A stretch of 64,000 nt of DNA from Leucoraja ocellata (taxonomy: Eukaryota). The position numbers and the translations under genes are program-made. The stretch spans positions 4,092,001 through 4,156,000 of the forward strand of contig JAWMAR010000010.1 of NCBI GenBank assembly GCA_036785375.1. Direction: 5' to 3'. The notes beneath the pieces were generated by a model. It saw nothing but the letters and a program-made list of their open reading frames with translations, made no database searches and was not told the DNA's origin. How positions within the stretch are numbered: the stretch's first letter is position 1; every line of letters starts with the position of its first letter. Positions 24,661 through 37,097 of the stretch are shown here, piece by piece.

Positions 24661-26809
24661 TTCTGTTGCCTTTCTGCCAAAGCCCTTGACTCCCTCACTA
24701 AACACAAATCTGCCAATCTCCGCTTTAAAACAGAACCATATAACTTGGCCTCCACGGCTGCCCATGGCAATGAATTTCACAGATTCACCACTGACTAAAT
24801 AAATTCCTCATTCCTTTCTACGTCTATGTACTTTTACACTGAGGCTGTGCTCTCTTGTCCTTGACTTTCCAACAAGTGGAAACACCCTCTTCACATCAAC
24901 CCTCCTCGGGCCTTTCAATCTTCAATCAGTCGCAATAAGGTCTCACCACATCCTTTTAAAGTCTAGCGTGCATAGGCCTAGTGCCGTCAAACACTCATCA
25001 TAGGTTACCCCAATCACCCCCAGGATCATTATTCTCAACCTCATCGGAACCCTCTCCAATTCCAGCTTATCCCTCCACAGATATGGGCCCAAACACGGCT
25101 CAACATATTCCATATCCTTGTGGCCCATTCTACCAACATGTCCAGTTCATCTGCAGGCTCCTGCTTCCTCTACACTACCTGTCCTTCTACCTATGTTCAT
25201 ATCATCTGCTAACTTGGCCACAAAGTCAAGTGCTTTGAGATTTCCTGCATCTATAAACTTAGATAATTTACGGTAAAAATTCGATGCAAGATGCAATAAT
25301 TCCATCATTGCAGGTTTCCATTTTTTTTTAACAGAGATCCAAAGTGATTATATCTGTTGATAAAGTTATTCAGAATTTTCAAATACTTGTTGTATTTTTG
25401 TGTATATTTGATGCACAAAAAGTGGCTCAGCCCAGGTCCGGTAGTGGAACTGAGAAAATATGTGACCTTAACCCAACTTGCTAACACAGAAACTTCATTC
25501 CAGACTGCTACAGTCCCTGTAAGATTAATACAGTGAAGTCTGAAATAAATATAGACGCGCCGTCGTGCTTTAGAGCCAGCGGCATTTTGGGGTGTGATTA
25601 TTGTAGAGGTAGTACAGCATATGAAGTGGATAGGTGCTTGAAACAAATTGTGTAATGCACCAGAAGGATTTAGACAGGCATATGGATATGCAGAGAGTGG
25701 CGGGATGTGAATCATTTGCACGTAGGTGAGATTAGTTTATCTTGGCATTATATTTAGTAGAGAGATTGTGAGTTGAAAGGCATGAAACTGTGCTGTACAT
25801 TTCTATGGTCTATATAGTGTCTTTGCAAGACTATTGTGGAGTGTGCTCAGTGTAAGGTACAGAAGGTTGAGGCAGATTGTGATTTAAGCAAATACAGACG
25901 TTGTGCTTGACAGATGGATGCGTGTTACAGTGTAAAGTATGCAGATGTAAGGCCTAATGTGACTTAGAATTGTGCTTCAGAACATGGTATTATAGTTATT
26001 TTATGTTTTTAGTTTAGAGATTCCAAATATCATATAAATAAATACAGCCCATAAACAATGACGTTGTCTATTATAGTAGATACTAGACTAAGTGGGAGCC
26101 GTTGGGTCCCAGCATCACACAGGAGGGCTGGTCATCCAACGCAATATTCCACCTCTCCACCAATTCTAATATTGGTGGCCAGTTGGGGGTTGGGGGGGGG
26201 GGCTTTCTGGAGCGCTAGTATGGGTGTTGTGGGCTGAAGGGACTGGTTTCCAGAGGGCTAGTATGCAAATTGTGCGCCAAATGGATTCTTGGGCTGGCGT
26301 CTCAGTCAATCAAGCATGGCAACACACTCACTCACGGCTGGTGGGCTGGTAGTTGACACAGCTAATCCTTGAAATTCTATTTCAAGCAGGGTATAAGGCC
26401 ACCAAATTCAAGTGCAGTTTCTTACCACTTCTAACAGGGTGCAAGGCCACCAAATTCAAGTGCAGTTTCATACCATTTGAAGTAGGGTGCAAAGCCACTA
26501 AAGACAGCGAGTCATGACCTCTCCCTCCTCCATCTTGCAGAGACCGAGCCACACCCATATTTCCGGGTTTTATAACCTCTCCCTCCCACCACCGGAAAAG
26601 GTGTGCCTTTCATGGAGTGATTGACAGGAGAGAGATTCTCAACATTTTTTAAAAAACTAATAACACTTTTATTTTTCATTGATGGGAAGAATTCTCTGCA
26701 CCTGCTCAGTGGAGGGGGACTGAGTAAGATGGCCAAAAATCACAGCCGTAAGTGGTAATGTTTTATCTAAAATCAATATACAGTGCAAACAGGAAGTAAG
26801 TGCATTTTA

Positions 26810-27137
26810 CAGTAGTGCCTTTTAACTTCAAGCCGAAGCACCCACGCCACCATTTGCAGTAAGTAGTGCATTTCAACTTCATGCTACCATTAGCAGTAAA
26901 TAGTGCCTTTCAACTTCAAGCCAATGCACCCAAGCTACCATTTGCAGTAAGTAGTGGCTTTCAACTTCAAACCACACCCAAGCCACCATTAGCAGTAAGA
27001 GCTGCCTTTCAACTTAAAGTCAAAGCTCCCAAGCCACCATTTGCAGTAAGTAGTGCCTTTCAACTTCAAGCCAAAGCAACCAAGCCACCATTTGCAGTAA
27101 GTAGTGCCTGTCAACCTCATGCTACCATTTGCAGTAA
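26810..27137. repeat. Minisatellite, about 51-bp unit with about 37-bp variants, about 7 copies
   Basis: Unit TAGTGCCTTTCAACTTCAAGCCAAAGCACCCAAGCCACCATTTGCAGTAAG. Confidence 0.9.
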
Positions 27138-27149
27138 AATACTTGCCTC

Positions 27150-28853
27150 GCCCATCTGCATTCAACGTTCCCCCTCACACCTTATAGCTATGTCTTCTCG
27201 TGTTGGACATTTCCATCCTGGAAAATGATACTGAATATCTACCCTATCAATGACTCTCCTTGTATATACTTCTAGCAACTCCCCCACGAACCTCCAACAT
27301 TCCAGAGAAAACAATCCACGGATATCCAATATCTCCCTGTGGCTGATCCAGGCAGCATTCTGGTTAACCTATTTTGTACTCGTTCCAAAACCTCCGTTTC
27401 TTCCCTTTAATGGGGCGATCGGATCTGTACTCAATACTCCAATTGCGGCCTCATATAACATATAGAACTGCATCATGTTCCTGACCCTTATGCTCAACAC
27501 CCCTAGCAATGTGCGCAAGCATACCATACATCCATTTTACCATCTACATGTGCTGCCAACTGCAGCGAGCTATGAACTTGGACTTCAAGATCCCTTAGCA
27601 CATCCATGTCCTTCAGAATCTAGCAATTTACTGTATAAAACAGCCTATCATTGATGATCATTGGATGGTGGCGGCTTCACGTAAATTAAAATGGATTTAA
27701 GATGGTAAGCAAGGATCAAATGTGAGGGAAATGTCTTTTCCGATTTAAATGGAAACTGATTATAATATGGTCACTGTGGAGGAATGATATGTTGTTTCCA
27801 AGACCAAGCATTGGTGATCATTTTGTAATAACAAAAGGGATTGAGGCATCTTTTCTATACAGCGCCAAGCCAAATGTTATTAACTTACTATTAAGAGACG
27901 TTGAGGGTATGAGTCGGGAATTGGCTGGGATAGATGAGCAAATTATACTTAAAGTGTTGATGGTGGAGATGCAATCGCAAATATTTAAACACTGCATGGA
28001 TGAACTCCAAAATGTGTTCATCCCCGGTTGGAGAAATTAATAATATGGGAAAGGTGGTTCAACGTGACTAACGAGGAAATCAAGGATAGTGTTAAATCCA
28101 AGGAAGAGGTTATATAAATTGGCCAGAGGACTGGGAGAAATTTAGAACTCAACAGGGGAGGAAAAAAGGGTTAATTAAGAGCAGGAAAAGAGAGCATGAA
28201 AGAACGCTTGCATGGAATATCAAAACTGACTGCAATAGCTTCTTTAGATATGTAAAAAGGAAAAGATCAGTGAAGGAAATTTAGGTCATAAACCCAACAA
28301 CCCCCACAATTAAAATGTGGATTATGGAGATGTCGGAGACGTTACACTTGGAAATAATTAGACTTGTCTTAATTGACAAACCAGAAATATTTGCTAGAAT
28401 ATGGTCTCCATTTATTGATTACATAGAAACATAGAAACATAGAAACATAGAAAATAGGTGCAGGAGTAGGCCATTCGGCCCTTCGAGCCTGCACCGCCAT
28501 TCAATATGATCATGACTAATCATCCAACTCAGTATCCTGTACCTGCCTTCTCTCCACACCCCCTGATTCCTTTAGCCACAAGGGCCACATCTAACTCCCT
28601 CTTAAATATAGCCAATGAACTGGCCTCAACTACCTTCTGTGGGCAGAGAATTCCAGAGATTCACCACTCTCTGTGTGAAAAATGTTTTCCTCATCTCGGT
28701 CCTAAAAGATTTCTCCCTTATCCTTAAACTGTGACCCCTTGTTCTGGACTTCCCCAACATCGGGAACAATGTTCCTGCATCTAACCTGTCCAACCCTTTA
28801 AGAATTTTGTAAGTTTCTATGAGATCCCCCGTCAATCTTCTAAATTATAGCGT
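27150..28853. mobile_element. Mixed LINE debris: CR1 pieces, short L1-like C-terminal piece (about 28290-28422), minus CR1 3' end (28423-28853)
   Basis: The PTIKMWIMEMSETLHLE piece matches 62360-62490. ORF 28626-28835 is CR1. Confidence 0.75.
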
Positions 28854-28854
28854 G

Positions 28855-30104
28855 TATAACTATAAACTAAGTTATAGTGCAATCTATAGTGCCAGAGGTG
28901 CACTCACCTCCTATCTGATGCTGGAAGCAGGGCACGGGTCGATAGGAATGCACCCCTTTACAACAAAATTCATGAAGGGAATTTACAATTTAATACCTCT
29001 AAGGCCAAGGTACACGGACACATGGGATGTGAGCATGGTACTAACCCTACTTTGACAGTGGGGACCGCCTATAACTAACCCTGAAAGTGGTATGCTGACA
29101 AAGAGTCCAGAAACTGCAAAAGCTACAGTTGAACTACATGACCATCAATATGAACAACATAACATTCGTAATCAGGAACCTGATAAAACAGAGCAGGCCA
29201 GGAATGCCAGGGATGGAGATCCAGTTCTTGGCATATCCAGAGGACCTACAGTTGTGTGTGTGGTAACATACTAACACCACTATCTGAGAGTTATGGAGAA
29301 CCTCAGAGGCTCAGAACAATCGATCCTCATCAGCCATAAAAAAACCACACCAGAAGGTGTCAACTCAAACCATCTCCAGATGGTCAAAGGGGGTAATGGC
29401 GGTAACAGAGTGAACATTTATATGGTTAAATCTCACTCCACCAGGGCTGCATCTACGTCGGCAGCAAGCGCTATGGACGTGCCCCTTGACGACATCCTAG
29501 TGACTGCAGGATGGATGAATGAAATAACGGTCCACCAATTTTATAACATACCCATAACTGGACTGGGGGTGTTTGCACATTCAATTTTAAGTTCTGTCCC
29601 TTAGTTTACCCCCAAGGTTGGGAGGGGTAACTAGTTTTTTTTAAACTTTTCTTTCATTTAAAGCATCAGTGTCTTTACTTAACTACGTAATGTCTGAATG
29701 CTTTAATGATTACACGCATCCATAGTCAATCCATTCAGTGTGTGACGCCTGGATTCGTAACCGACGTAAAATCACAGAGCTTTGAAATCTTCACGTAGTC
29801 ACTCACGTGACTCCGAAGTAAAATAGTAAGATTAAACGAGAACTTACCGGTTTGAAGTTTGATCTTGATTTTATGAGGAGTTACGATGAGCGATTACGTG
29901 CCCACCCTCATACTATCAAGGTCATATGGAAGTTCTAGTTTCTTCACAATCTTACTATTCTCAGGTCTTCTTTTTATCTGTGATTTATTGAAGATTGATG
30001 CGCACGCAGACGGACGGCCCTTCTTCACGTAATCGCTCATCGTAACTCCTCATAAAATCAAGATCAAACTACAAACTGATAAGTTCTCGTTTAATCTTAC
30101 TATT
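28855..30104 (+). mobile_element. DIRS-like retroelement 3' part: decayed tyrosine recombinase plus terminal inverted structure
   Basis: LSYSAIYSAR...KFMKGIYN..P.RPRY..TWDV and KSHSTRAAS...AGW...FYN. A 79-bp inverted repeat lies at 29822-29900 / 30026-30104. Confidence 0.88.
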
Positions 30105-33070
30105 ATAGACCAGTTAGCCTGACATCGATGGTGGGTAAGATGCAGGAGTTAATTATAAAAGATAAGATAGTCGCACATTTTGATAGCAGTAACAGGATCG
30201 GTCCGAGTCAGCATGGATTTATGAAGGGGAAATCATGCTTGACTAATCTTCTGGAATTTTTTTAAGATGTAACTAGGAAAATGGACATGGGAGAACCAGT
30301 GGATGTAATGTACCTGGACTTCCAGAAAGCATTTGATAAGGTCCCACATAGGAGATTAGTGGGCAAAATTAGGGCACATGGTATTGGGGGTAGAGTGCTG
30401 ACATGAATACAGAAGTGGTTGGCAGTCAGGAAACAAAGAGTAGGGATTAACGGGTCCTTTTCAGAATGGCAGGCAGTGACTAGTGGGGTACCGCAAGGCT
30501 CGGTGCTGAGACCACTGCTATTTACACTGTACATCAATGATTTGGATGAAGGGATTCAAAGTAACTTTAGCAAATTTGCAGATGACACAAAGTTGGGTGG
30601 CAGTGTGAACTGTGAGGAGGATGCTATGAGAATGCAGGGTGACTTGGACAGGTTGGGGGTATGGGCAGGTGCATGGCAAATGAAATTTAATGCAGATAAA
30701 TATGAGGTTAGCCACTTTGGTAGCAAAAACAGGAAGGCAGATTACTATCTAAAAGGCGTCAAGTTGGGAAAAGGGGAAGTACAACGGGATCTGGGGGTCC
30801 TTGTACATCAGTCTATGAATGTAAGCATGCAGGTACAGCCGGCAGTGAAGAAAGTGAATGGCATGTTTGCCTTTATAATAAGAGGAATCTAATATATGAG
30901 CAAAGAGGTCCTTCTGCAGTTGTACGGAGCTCTAGTGAGACCACACCTGGAGTATTGTGTGCTGTTTTGGTCACCTAATTTGAGGAAGGACATTCTTGCT
31001 ATTGAGGGAATGAAGAGTAGGTTAATTAACAAGGTTAATTTCCAGGATGGCGGGATTGTCATATGCTGAGAGAATAGAGCGGCTGGGTTTGTACACTCTG
31101 GAGTTTAGAAGGATGAGAGGAAATCTCATTGAGACATATAAGATTGTTAAGGGCTTGGACACACTAGAGGCAGTAAACATGTTCTCAATGTTGGGGGAGG
31201 CCAGAACGAGGGGCCACAGTTTAAGAATAAGGAGTAAGCCATTTAGAACGGAGACGAGAAAACACTTTTTCTTACAGAGAGTGGTAAGTGTGGAATTCTC
31301 TGCCTCAGAGGGCGGTGGAGGCCAGTTCTCTGGATGCTTTCAAGAGAGAGCTAGATAGGGCTCTTAAAAATAGCGGAGTCAAGGGATATGGGCAGAAGGC
31401 AGGAACAGGGTACTGATTGTGGATGATCAGCCATGATCATATTGAATGGTGGTGCTGGCTCGAAGGGCCAAATGACCTATTCCTGCACCTATTATCTATT
31501 TTCTATTGATTTTGTGGGAGGGAGGAACTGAAGGGAACCGAAGTTAGCCAGGAAATGATGTTAGGTAAACTGTTGGGGCTGAAGACAGATAAATCCCCAG
31601 GGCCTGATGGTCTGCTTCCCAGAGTACTCAAGGAGGCGGCCCTAGAAATCATGGATGCATTGGTGATCATTTTCCAATGTTCTCTCAACTGGATCTGTTC
31701 CTGTGGACTGGAGGGTAGCCAATGTAACTCCACTTTTTAAGAAAGGAGGGAGAGAGAAATCGGGGAATTATAGACCAGTTAGCCTGACATCGGTAGTGGG
31801 GATGATGCTTGAGTCAATTATTAAAGATGTTACTGCGGTGCATTTGGAAAGCAGTGACAAGTCAAAGTCCGCATGGATTTATGAAGGGGAAATCATGCTT
31901 GACTAATCTTCTGAAATTTTTTGAGGATGTAACAAGTAGCTAGTGGATGTAAGGGAGAGCTAGTGGATGTGGTGTATCTGGACTTTCAAAAAGCCTTTGA
32001 TAAGGTCCCACACAAGAAATTAGTGTGCAAAATTAGATCACATGGTATTGGGGGAAGGGTATTGATATGGATAGAGAACTATTTGGCAGAGAGGAAGCAA
32101 AGAGTAGGCATTAACTGATCCTTTTCAGAATGCCAGGCAGTGACAAATGATGTGCGGCAAGGCTCGGTGCTGGGACCCCAGTTATTTACAATATTTATTA
32201 ACGATTTAGACGAGGGAATTAAAAGTGTCATTTCCAAGTTAAGTTTACGGATGACACAAAGCTGGGCGGCAGTGGGAGCTGCGATGAGGATGCTATGAGG
32301 CTGCAAGGTGACTTAAAATAAGACAGATGCATGCAGTATAATGTGGATACATGTGAGGTTACCCACTTTGGTAGCAAGAACAGGAAGGCAGTTTATTATT
32401 TGAATGGTGTCAGGTTTGGAAAAGGAGAAGTGCAACGAGACCTGGGTGTGCTTGTACATCAGTCACCGAAAGTAAGCATGCAGGTAGGGTAGGCAGTGAA
32501 GAAATCTAATGGCATGTTGGCCTTCATTGTGAGAGGATTTGAGTTTCGGAGCAAGGAGGTCCTACTGGCTGTTGTACAGGGCCCAGGTGAGACCACACCT
32601 GGAGTATTGTGTGCAATTTTTGTCTCCAGATTTCAGGAAATACATTATTGCTATTGAGGGAGTGCAGCGTAGGTTCACCAGGTTAATTCCCAAGATGGCG
32701 GGACTGAGAGGCTAGATGCAGGAAAAATGTTCCCGACCTTGGGGGAGTCCAGAACCAGGGGTCACGGTTTAAGAAGAAGGGATAGGCCATGTAGGACTGA
32801 GATGAGGATTAAAAAATTCACCCAGAGAGTTGTGAATCTCTGGAATTCTCTGCCACAGAAGGCAGTGAGGCCAATTATCTGGATCTTTGCAAGAGAGTTA
32901 GATTTAGCTCTTAGGACTAATGGAATCAAGGGATATGGGGAAAAAGCAGGAACGGGATACTGAATTTAGATGATCCGCCATGATTATGTTGAATGGTGGT
33001 TCCTGTTCAAAGGGCTGAATGGCCTACAGCACATATGTTTCTATGTTTCTATGTTTCCTCTATGTTTCTA
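30105..33070 (+). mobile_element. Two tandem CR1-clade LINE RT copies (30105-31507; 31515-33070)
   Basis: ORFs 30419-30892, 31047-31358, 31555-31906 and 32727-32963, each copy with a 3' tail. Confidence 0.9.
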
Positions 33071-33179
33071 ACACATGACGCGTCAAGTATCAAGAATGTA
33101 TAATTTTCTTAAGTGCCGAGAGCGGTACAAATAAATTCTGACTTGGGCCTGGACGAACATGGCAGTGGATCGTGCTTGA

Positions 33180-33471
33180 NNNNNNNNNNNNNNNNNNNNN
33201 NNNNNNNNNNNNNNNNNNNNNNNNNNNNNNNNNNNNNNNNNNNNNNNNNNNNNNNNNNNNNNNNNNNNNNNNNNNNNNNNNNNNNNNNNNNNNNNNNNNN
33301 NNNNNNNNNNNNNNNNNNNNNNNNNNNNNNNNNNNNNNNNNNNNNNNNNNNNNNNNNNNNNNNNNNNNNNNNNNNNNNNNNNNNNNNNNNNNNNNNNNNN
33401 NNNNNNNNNNNNNNNNNNNNNNNNNNNNNNNNNNNNNNNNNNNNNNNNNNNNNNNNNNNNNNNNNNNNNNN
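33180..33471. other. Assembly gap (292 N)
   Basis: Run of N. Confidence 1.
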
Positions 33472-34759
33472 TAATGAAAAGCCTACAATGGAGGTGTGGA
33501 AAGAATTCGATTCCTCCATTGACCTCACGTACTTAGATATTTCTTCAAGTGGAGATTCAAGTGAACAGCAAAATAATATTCTGAAGTGAATCAGAAATAT
33601 AAAATCACATCATTTTATTTGAACAAGATATGATAAAATAGACTCCCTCGGAGAATTCAGTTGATTCGCGCCAACTGCCAATATCGTTAAAACATATAAT
33701 CACCGTCGAGAATGATATCTTCATTGCCTTGTTTGTGCTGGTCTAAAAATGTTTGGAAACAGAGATGAGCTGATTTAAATAAACGCTGATTTAAACAGCC
33801 CCAGACCCAGGTTCATTTACTGAAGGACAGAAACAGAATCAATGTTTCCCCAGAGGCGGAAAGCAGATAAAGTGAGAAAACAATGCAAATCTCTCAACAG
33901 ATTACATCAGAGACATTTATTTTAAATTGTCAACGTTCTCTCCTGTAAAACAAAATAAAGTTGAAGTGCATATGGATGATGTTAGTCAATAATATTGCTA
34001 CAAAGCTAGGTTAACTGAGAACATGTATCATATCCCTTTATTTACCGACAATGGTTGGGATCAATAACATTCTCTGCATAGATTTAAATGTCACACGTGA
34101 CAAATTCACAGATGCATAGAAAATACAATGATAAATTAACATTCCAGTCATAGAAGAATACTCTGTTGGAGCGCAGGAAACTTTAATTCCCCGCATGCAC
34201 CTTAAATTTTCGACAATCCTCGTGTTTTCCTCACAAATCGGTTAACTACTGTTTCTATCTTTCTCCTTAGATAACTCTAGTGGATTCTTCTTCAGATACC
34301 TCTATTAGATTTTTCCACACCATCTGCCCAACCAGTGCTGTCTGAATCATTGAAACACTATCCAACAAATATGCTCATTGATTGATTGGTTAGAATGTGC
34401 CTTCATTCAACTTTGATCTTTGGAAGCAGCATCTGAAAATCAACACCACATGAATCATCCCGAATGCCGATCATTTCTCCAATCCCTCCACAGATCTACA
34501 ATTCCCCTCCTGCACGGTGCCATCCATTAATTTCCTTCCGATCTCTTCATGGCATTTTGATAGAATTTTGTGTTTGCTTTGTTATCAGTTTCCTCTACTG
34601 CCTTTTATGTAACCAATCTCGATATTGACATTTTATCTGTATGGCTGTATGGTGACCACACATTTCACTGTACCAACTGGGACATGTGACAAATAAATGT
34701 GTCTTGATATTGGAATGGACAGTCCCAATAATGTTCGAACGGCTCATATTGATAACAAC

Positions 34760-35220
34760 GTATGTGTAGGAAAGAACTGCAGATGCTGCTTTAAATGAAG
34801 ATAGACGCAAAATGTTGGAGTAGCTCAGCGGGACAGGTAGCATCTCTGGAGATCTGAAACATAGAAACATAGAAACATAGAAAATAAGTGCAGGAGTAGG
34901 CCATTCGGCCCTTCGAGCCTGCACCGCCATTCAATATGATCATGGCTGATCATCCAACTCAGTATCCTGTACCTGCCTTCTCTCCATACCCCCTGATCCC
35001 TTTAGCCACAAGGGCCACATCTAACTCCCTCTTAAATATAGCCAATGAACTGGCCTCAACTACCTTCTGTGGCAGAGAATTCCAGAGATTCACCACACTC
35101 TGTGTGAAAAATGTTTTCCTCGTCTGGGTCAGAGAAGGGTCTCGATCCAAAACGTCACACATTCTTTCTCTCCAGAGATGCTGCCTGTCCCACTGGGTTT
35201 CTCCATTTTGTGTCTACCTA
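34760..35220. mobile_element. CR1 3' tail (minus, 34857-35123) flanked by short Penelope-derived repeats
   Basis: (AGAAACAT)n tail and FFTQSVVNLWNSLP, with agatgctg...gaagggtctcga motifs on both sides. Confidence 0.75.
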
Positions 35221-35233
35221 ACAATGAAGACAG

Positions 35234-35307
<74 letters not shown>

Positions 35308-35378
35308 TTTCTGTCTGTCTGTATGTCTGCCTGTCTGTCTGTATGTCTGCCTGTCTGTCTATCTGCCTGTCTGTCTAT
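35234..35378. repeat. (TCTG)n microsatellite
   Basis: Direct reading of the sequence. Confidence 0.97.
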
Positions 35379-35559
35379 CTTGCTCAAATATTTTTTCTCA
35401 CCTCTCCTCTTTCTCCCTCTCACACACGCAAACACACGCACACCACGAAGCATTTCAATATACATTTGAGGAATTCCGATCATATTTTGCGAAAATAACT
35501 GCACTATGAAACCAATCTTTAAACCATCTTATTTACAACGATACCATGAGTTTATATTG

Positions 35560-35831
35560 TGTAAGGGGCGGAAAAGCACGCTGGTTTATTAACCTCGTGT
35601 GCATCTGTATCAGTTAATAGATGTGAAAGCGTGAGTCCATCTTGCTGTTGAGTTGGGAGCCGTGTCTCAGCTCCGCCCGCTGCACCACTCGGTTTACAGG
35701 CCCCACCCACAGCCGCACCCTCTTTTGCCGGGTATTTAATTCTCTCTAAGATGGTCTGAAATCCAACTTCCTTGCAGTTGGTTTGTTGCGAGATTCTGTA
35801 CAGAAACAACCGGGTCACACTTCCCAGCGGG
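35560..35831 (+). promoter_or_regulatory. Putative VH promoter (GC boxes, CACCC, TATA-like TATTTAA, ETS-like ACTTCCT; no octamer)
   Basis: GGGGCGG at 35565, CCGCCC at about 35673, CCCCACCC at 35701, TATTTAA at 35733-35739 and ACTTCCT at 35766, all directly upstream of the leader ATG. The TSS is not determined. Confidence 0.6.
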
Positions 35832-35877
35832 ATGATGTCGGCGGTTTCACTCAGTCTGTTCCTGGCGTTAATAGTCC
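35832..35877 (+). CDS. IGHV: VH leader exon (MMSAVSLSLFLALIV plus phase-1 C)
   Basis: ATG at 35832, hydrophobic signal peptide, donor GTGAGT at 35878. It splices in frame to the acceptor at 36037, giving ...IV-R-VHS. Confidence 0.93.
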
Positions 35878-36036
35878 GTGAGTAATGAGATGGACAAATT
35901 CCTCACGCGAGTTTCTACACCATTCCCCTCCTACCCACTCTAGAACCCTCCCAATTTATTTCCTATTGATAATTATAGTGGGGGATTAATGGTCAATATT
36001 TTAACCTCGCCATTCATGCCTTTCTTTAACTTGCAG

Positions 36037-36340
36037 GTGTCCATTCCGATATCGTTCTCACTCAGCCCAAGACAGAGGCCGCCACTCCTGGAGGCTCCAT
36101 CACACTGACCTGTAAAGTCAGCGGGTTCGCTCTTAGCAGCTACGCGATGCATTTGGTCCGTCAGGCCCCCGGGCAGGGGCTGGAGTGGCTGCTTCGCTAC
36201 TTCAGTTCTTCTAACAAGCAATTCGCTCCGGGGATAGAAAGCCGATTTACTCCGTCCACAGACCATTCGACTAACATATTCACCGTGATCGCCAGGAACC
36301 TGAAGATCGAAGACACCGCTGTCTATTACTGTGCGAGAGA
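36037..36340 (+). CDS. IGHV: VH exon ([97 protein letters not shown])
   Basis: Acceptor ttgcAG ends at 36036. The V-set motifs [14 protein letters not shown] and [10 protein letters not shown] are present, followed directly by a heptamer. Confidence 0.97.
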
Positions 36341-36379
36341 CACAGTGTGAGGATTCAGTGTCAGATCCGTACAAGAACG
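36341..36379 (+). promoter_or_regulatory. V 3' RSS, 23-bp spacer
   Basis: CACAGTG at 36341-36347, 23 nt spacer, ACAAGAACG at 36371-36379. Confidence 0.95.
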
Positions 36380-36722
36380 GCACGTTGGGAAGTCCAGCTT
36401 TTACCATCAAAGGCTAGAGGTGAGCAATTATTTCAACAGCTATAATAGCAGTTGGGAAATGGAGGCAAAGCACCATTCGCAAATCCAACACGATATTAAA
36501 AAATGTAACCAAATGTATGAGGTTTTTTTATTCGCTTCACACATACCCATAGCGTTGTGCAAAATCATAGACCACGAAAATATGCTCATTCCATTAGGCA
36601 AGTGAGATGCAGGGAGATTGTTGGTGTTATGTATATTTACTGTGTTCTCTGTGAACTGCTGGGCCATTTAAAATCGTGTGGAAGGCCGTTTCAAATGAAA
36701 CCTGAGTGTGAACTGCATGGGA

Positions 36723-36801
36723 GGTTTTTGTGCGGGTCTGTCTCACTGTGTACAACAGTGGGTCACGGTGCTGCAAACAGCGACTTCCCCGTACAAAAAC
36801 C
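36723..36801 (+). other. IGHD: D1 segment (TACAACAGTGGGT, 36751-36763) with 5' 12-RSS and 3' 22-RSS
   Basis: GGTTTTTGT 36723-36731, 12 nt, CACTGTG 36744-36750. CACGGTG 36764-36770, 22 nt, ACAAAAACC 36793-36801. Confidence 0.95.
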
Positions 36802-37033
36802 CGGACACCTAGTTTTCTCCTGCTCCAACCTACAAGCACCGTAGGAGAGGCCGTGTGAAGCAAATTCAAATGAAAGTTCACCGCTTAAAGTTGCATGGAT
36901 TGTTTTGAGAAATGTCCAGCTGTCTTATTTTATATGAGTTTTAGAAGAACAGCGTTTAGCTTTATAAGTGACAGCGAAGAGTGCCCTGGGACATCCTTAG
37001 TTAGCAGTACATGCATCAGTTCTTGAAGAGCGA

Positions 37034-37097
37034 AGTATTTGACATGGCATGTTTCACTGTGTATACTGGCACAGCGGTTCCTACCAATACAAAAACA
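37034..37097 (+). other. IGHD: D2 segment (TATACTGG, 37062-37069) with 12-RSS on both sides
   Basis: AGTATTTGA 37034-37042, 12 nt, CACTGTG 37055-37061. CACAGCG 37070-37076, 12 nt, ACAAAAACA 37089-37097. Confidence 0.93.

Noticed and set aside
26810-27137. Repeat array as CRISPR-like or as a coding repeat (ORF 26866-27228)
   Set aside because: The units are contiguous with no unique spacers, the context is vertebrate, and the ORF stays open only because the unit length is a multiple of 3.
33109-33589. ORFs containing X runs
   Set aside because: They are artefacts of the N gap.
35751-35759. Upstream mini-ORF ATG GTC TGA
   Set aside because: It lies only about 12 nt past the TATA-like box and is probably upstream of the TSS, so it cannot be supported.
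36327-36333. Embedded heptamer TACTGTG in V FR3 (VH replacement)
   Set aside because: It is a by-product of the YYC codons common to VH genes, and there is no upstream V donor in this cluster.
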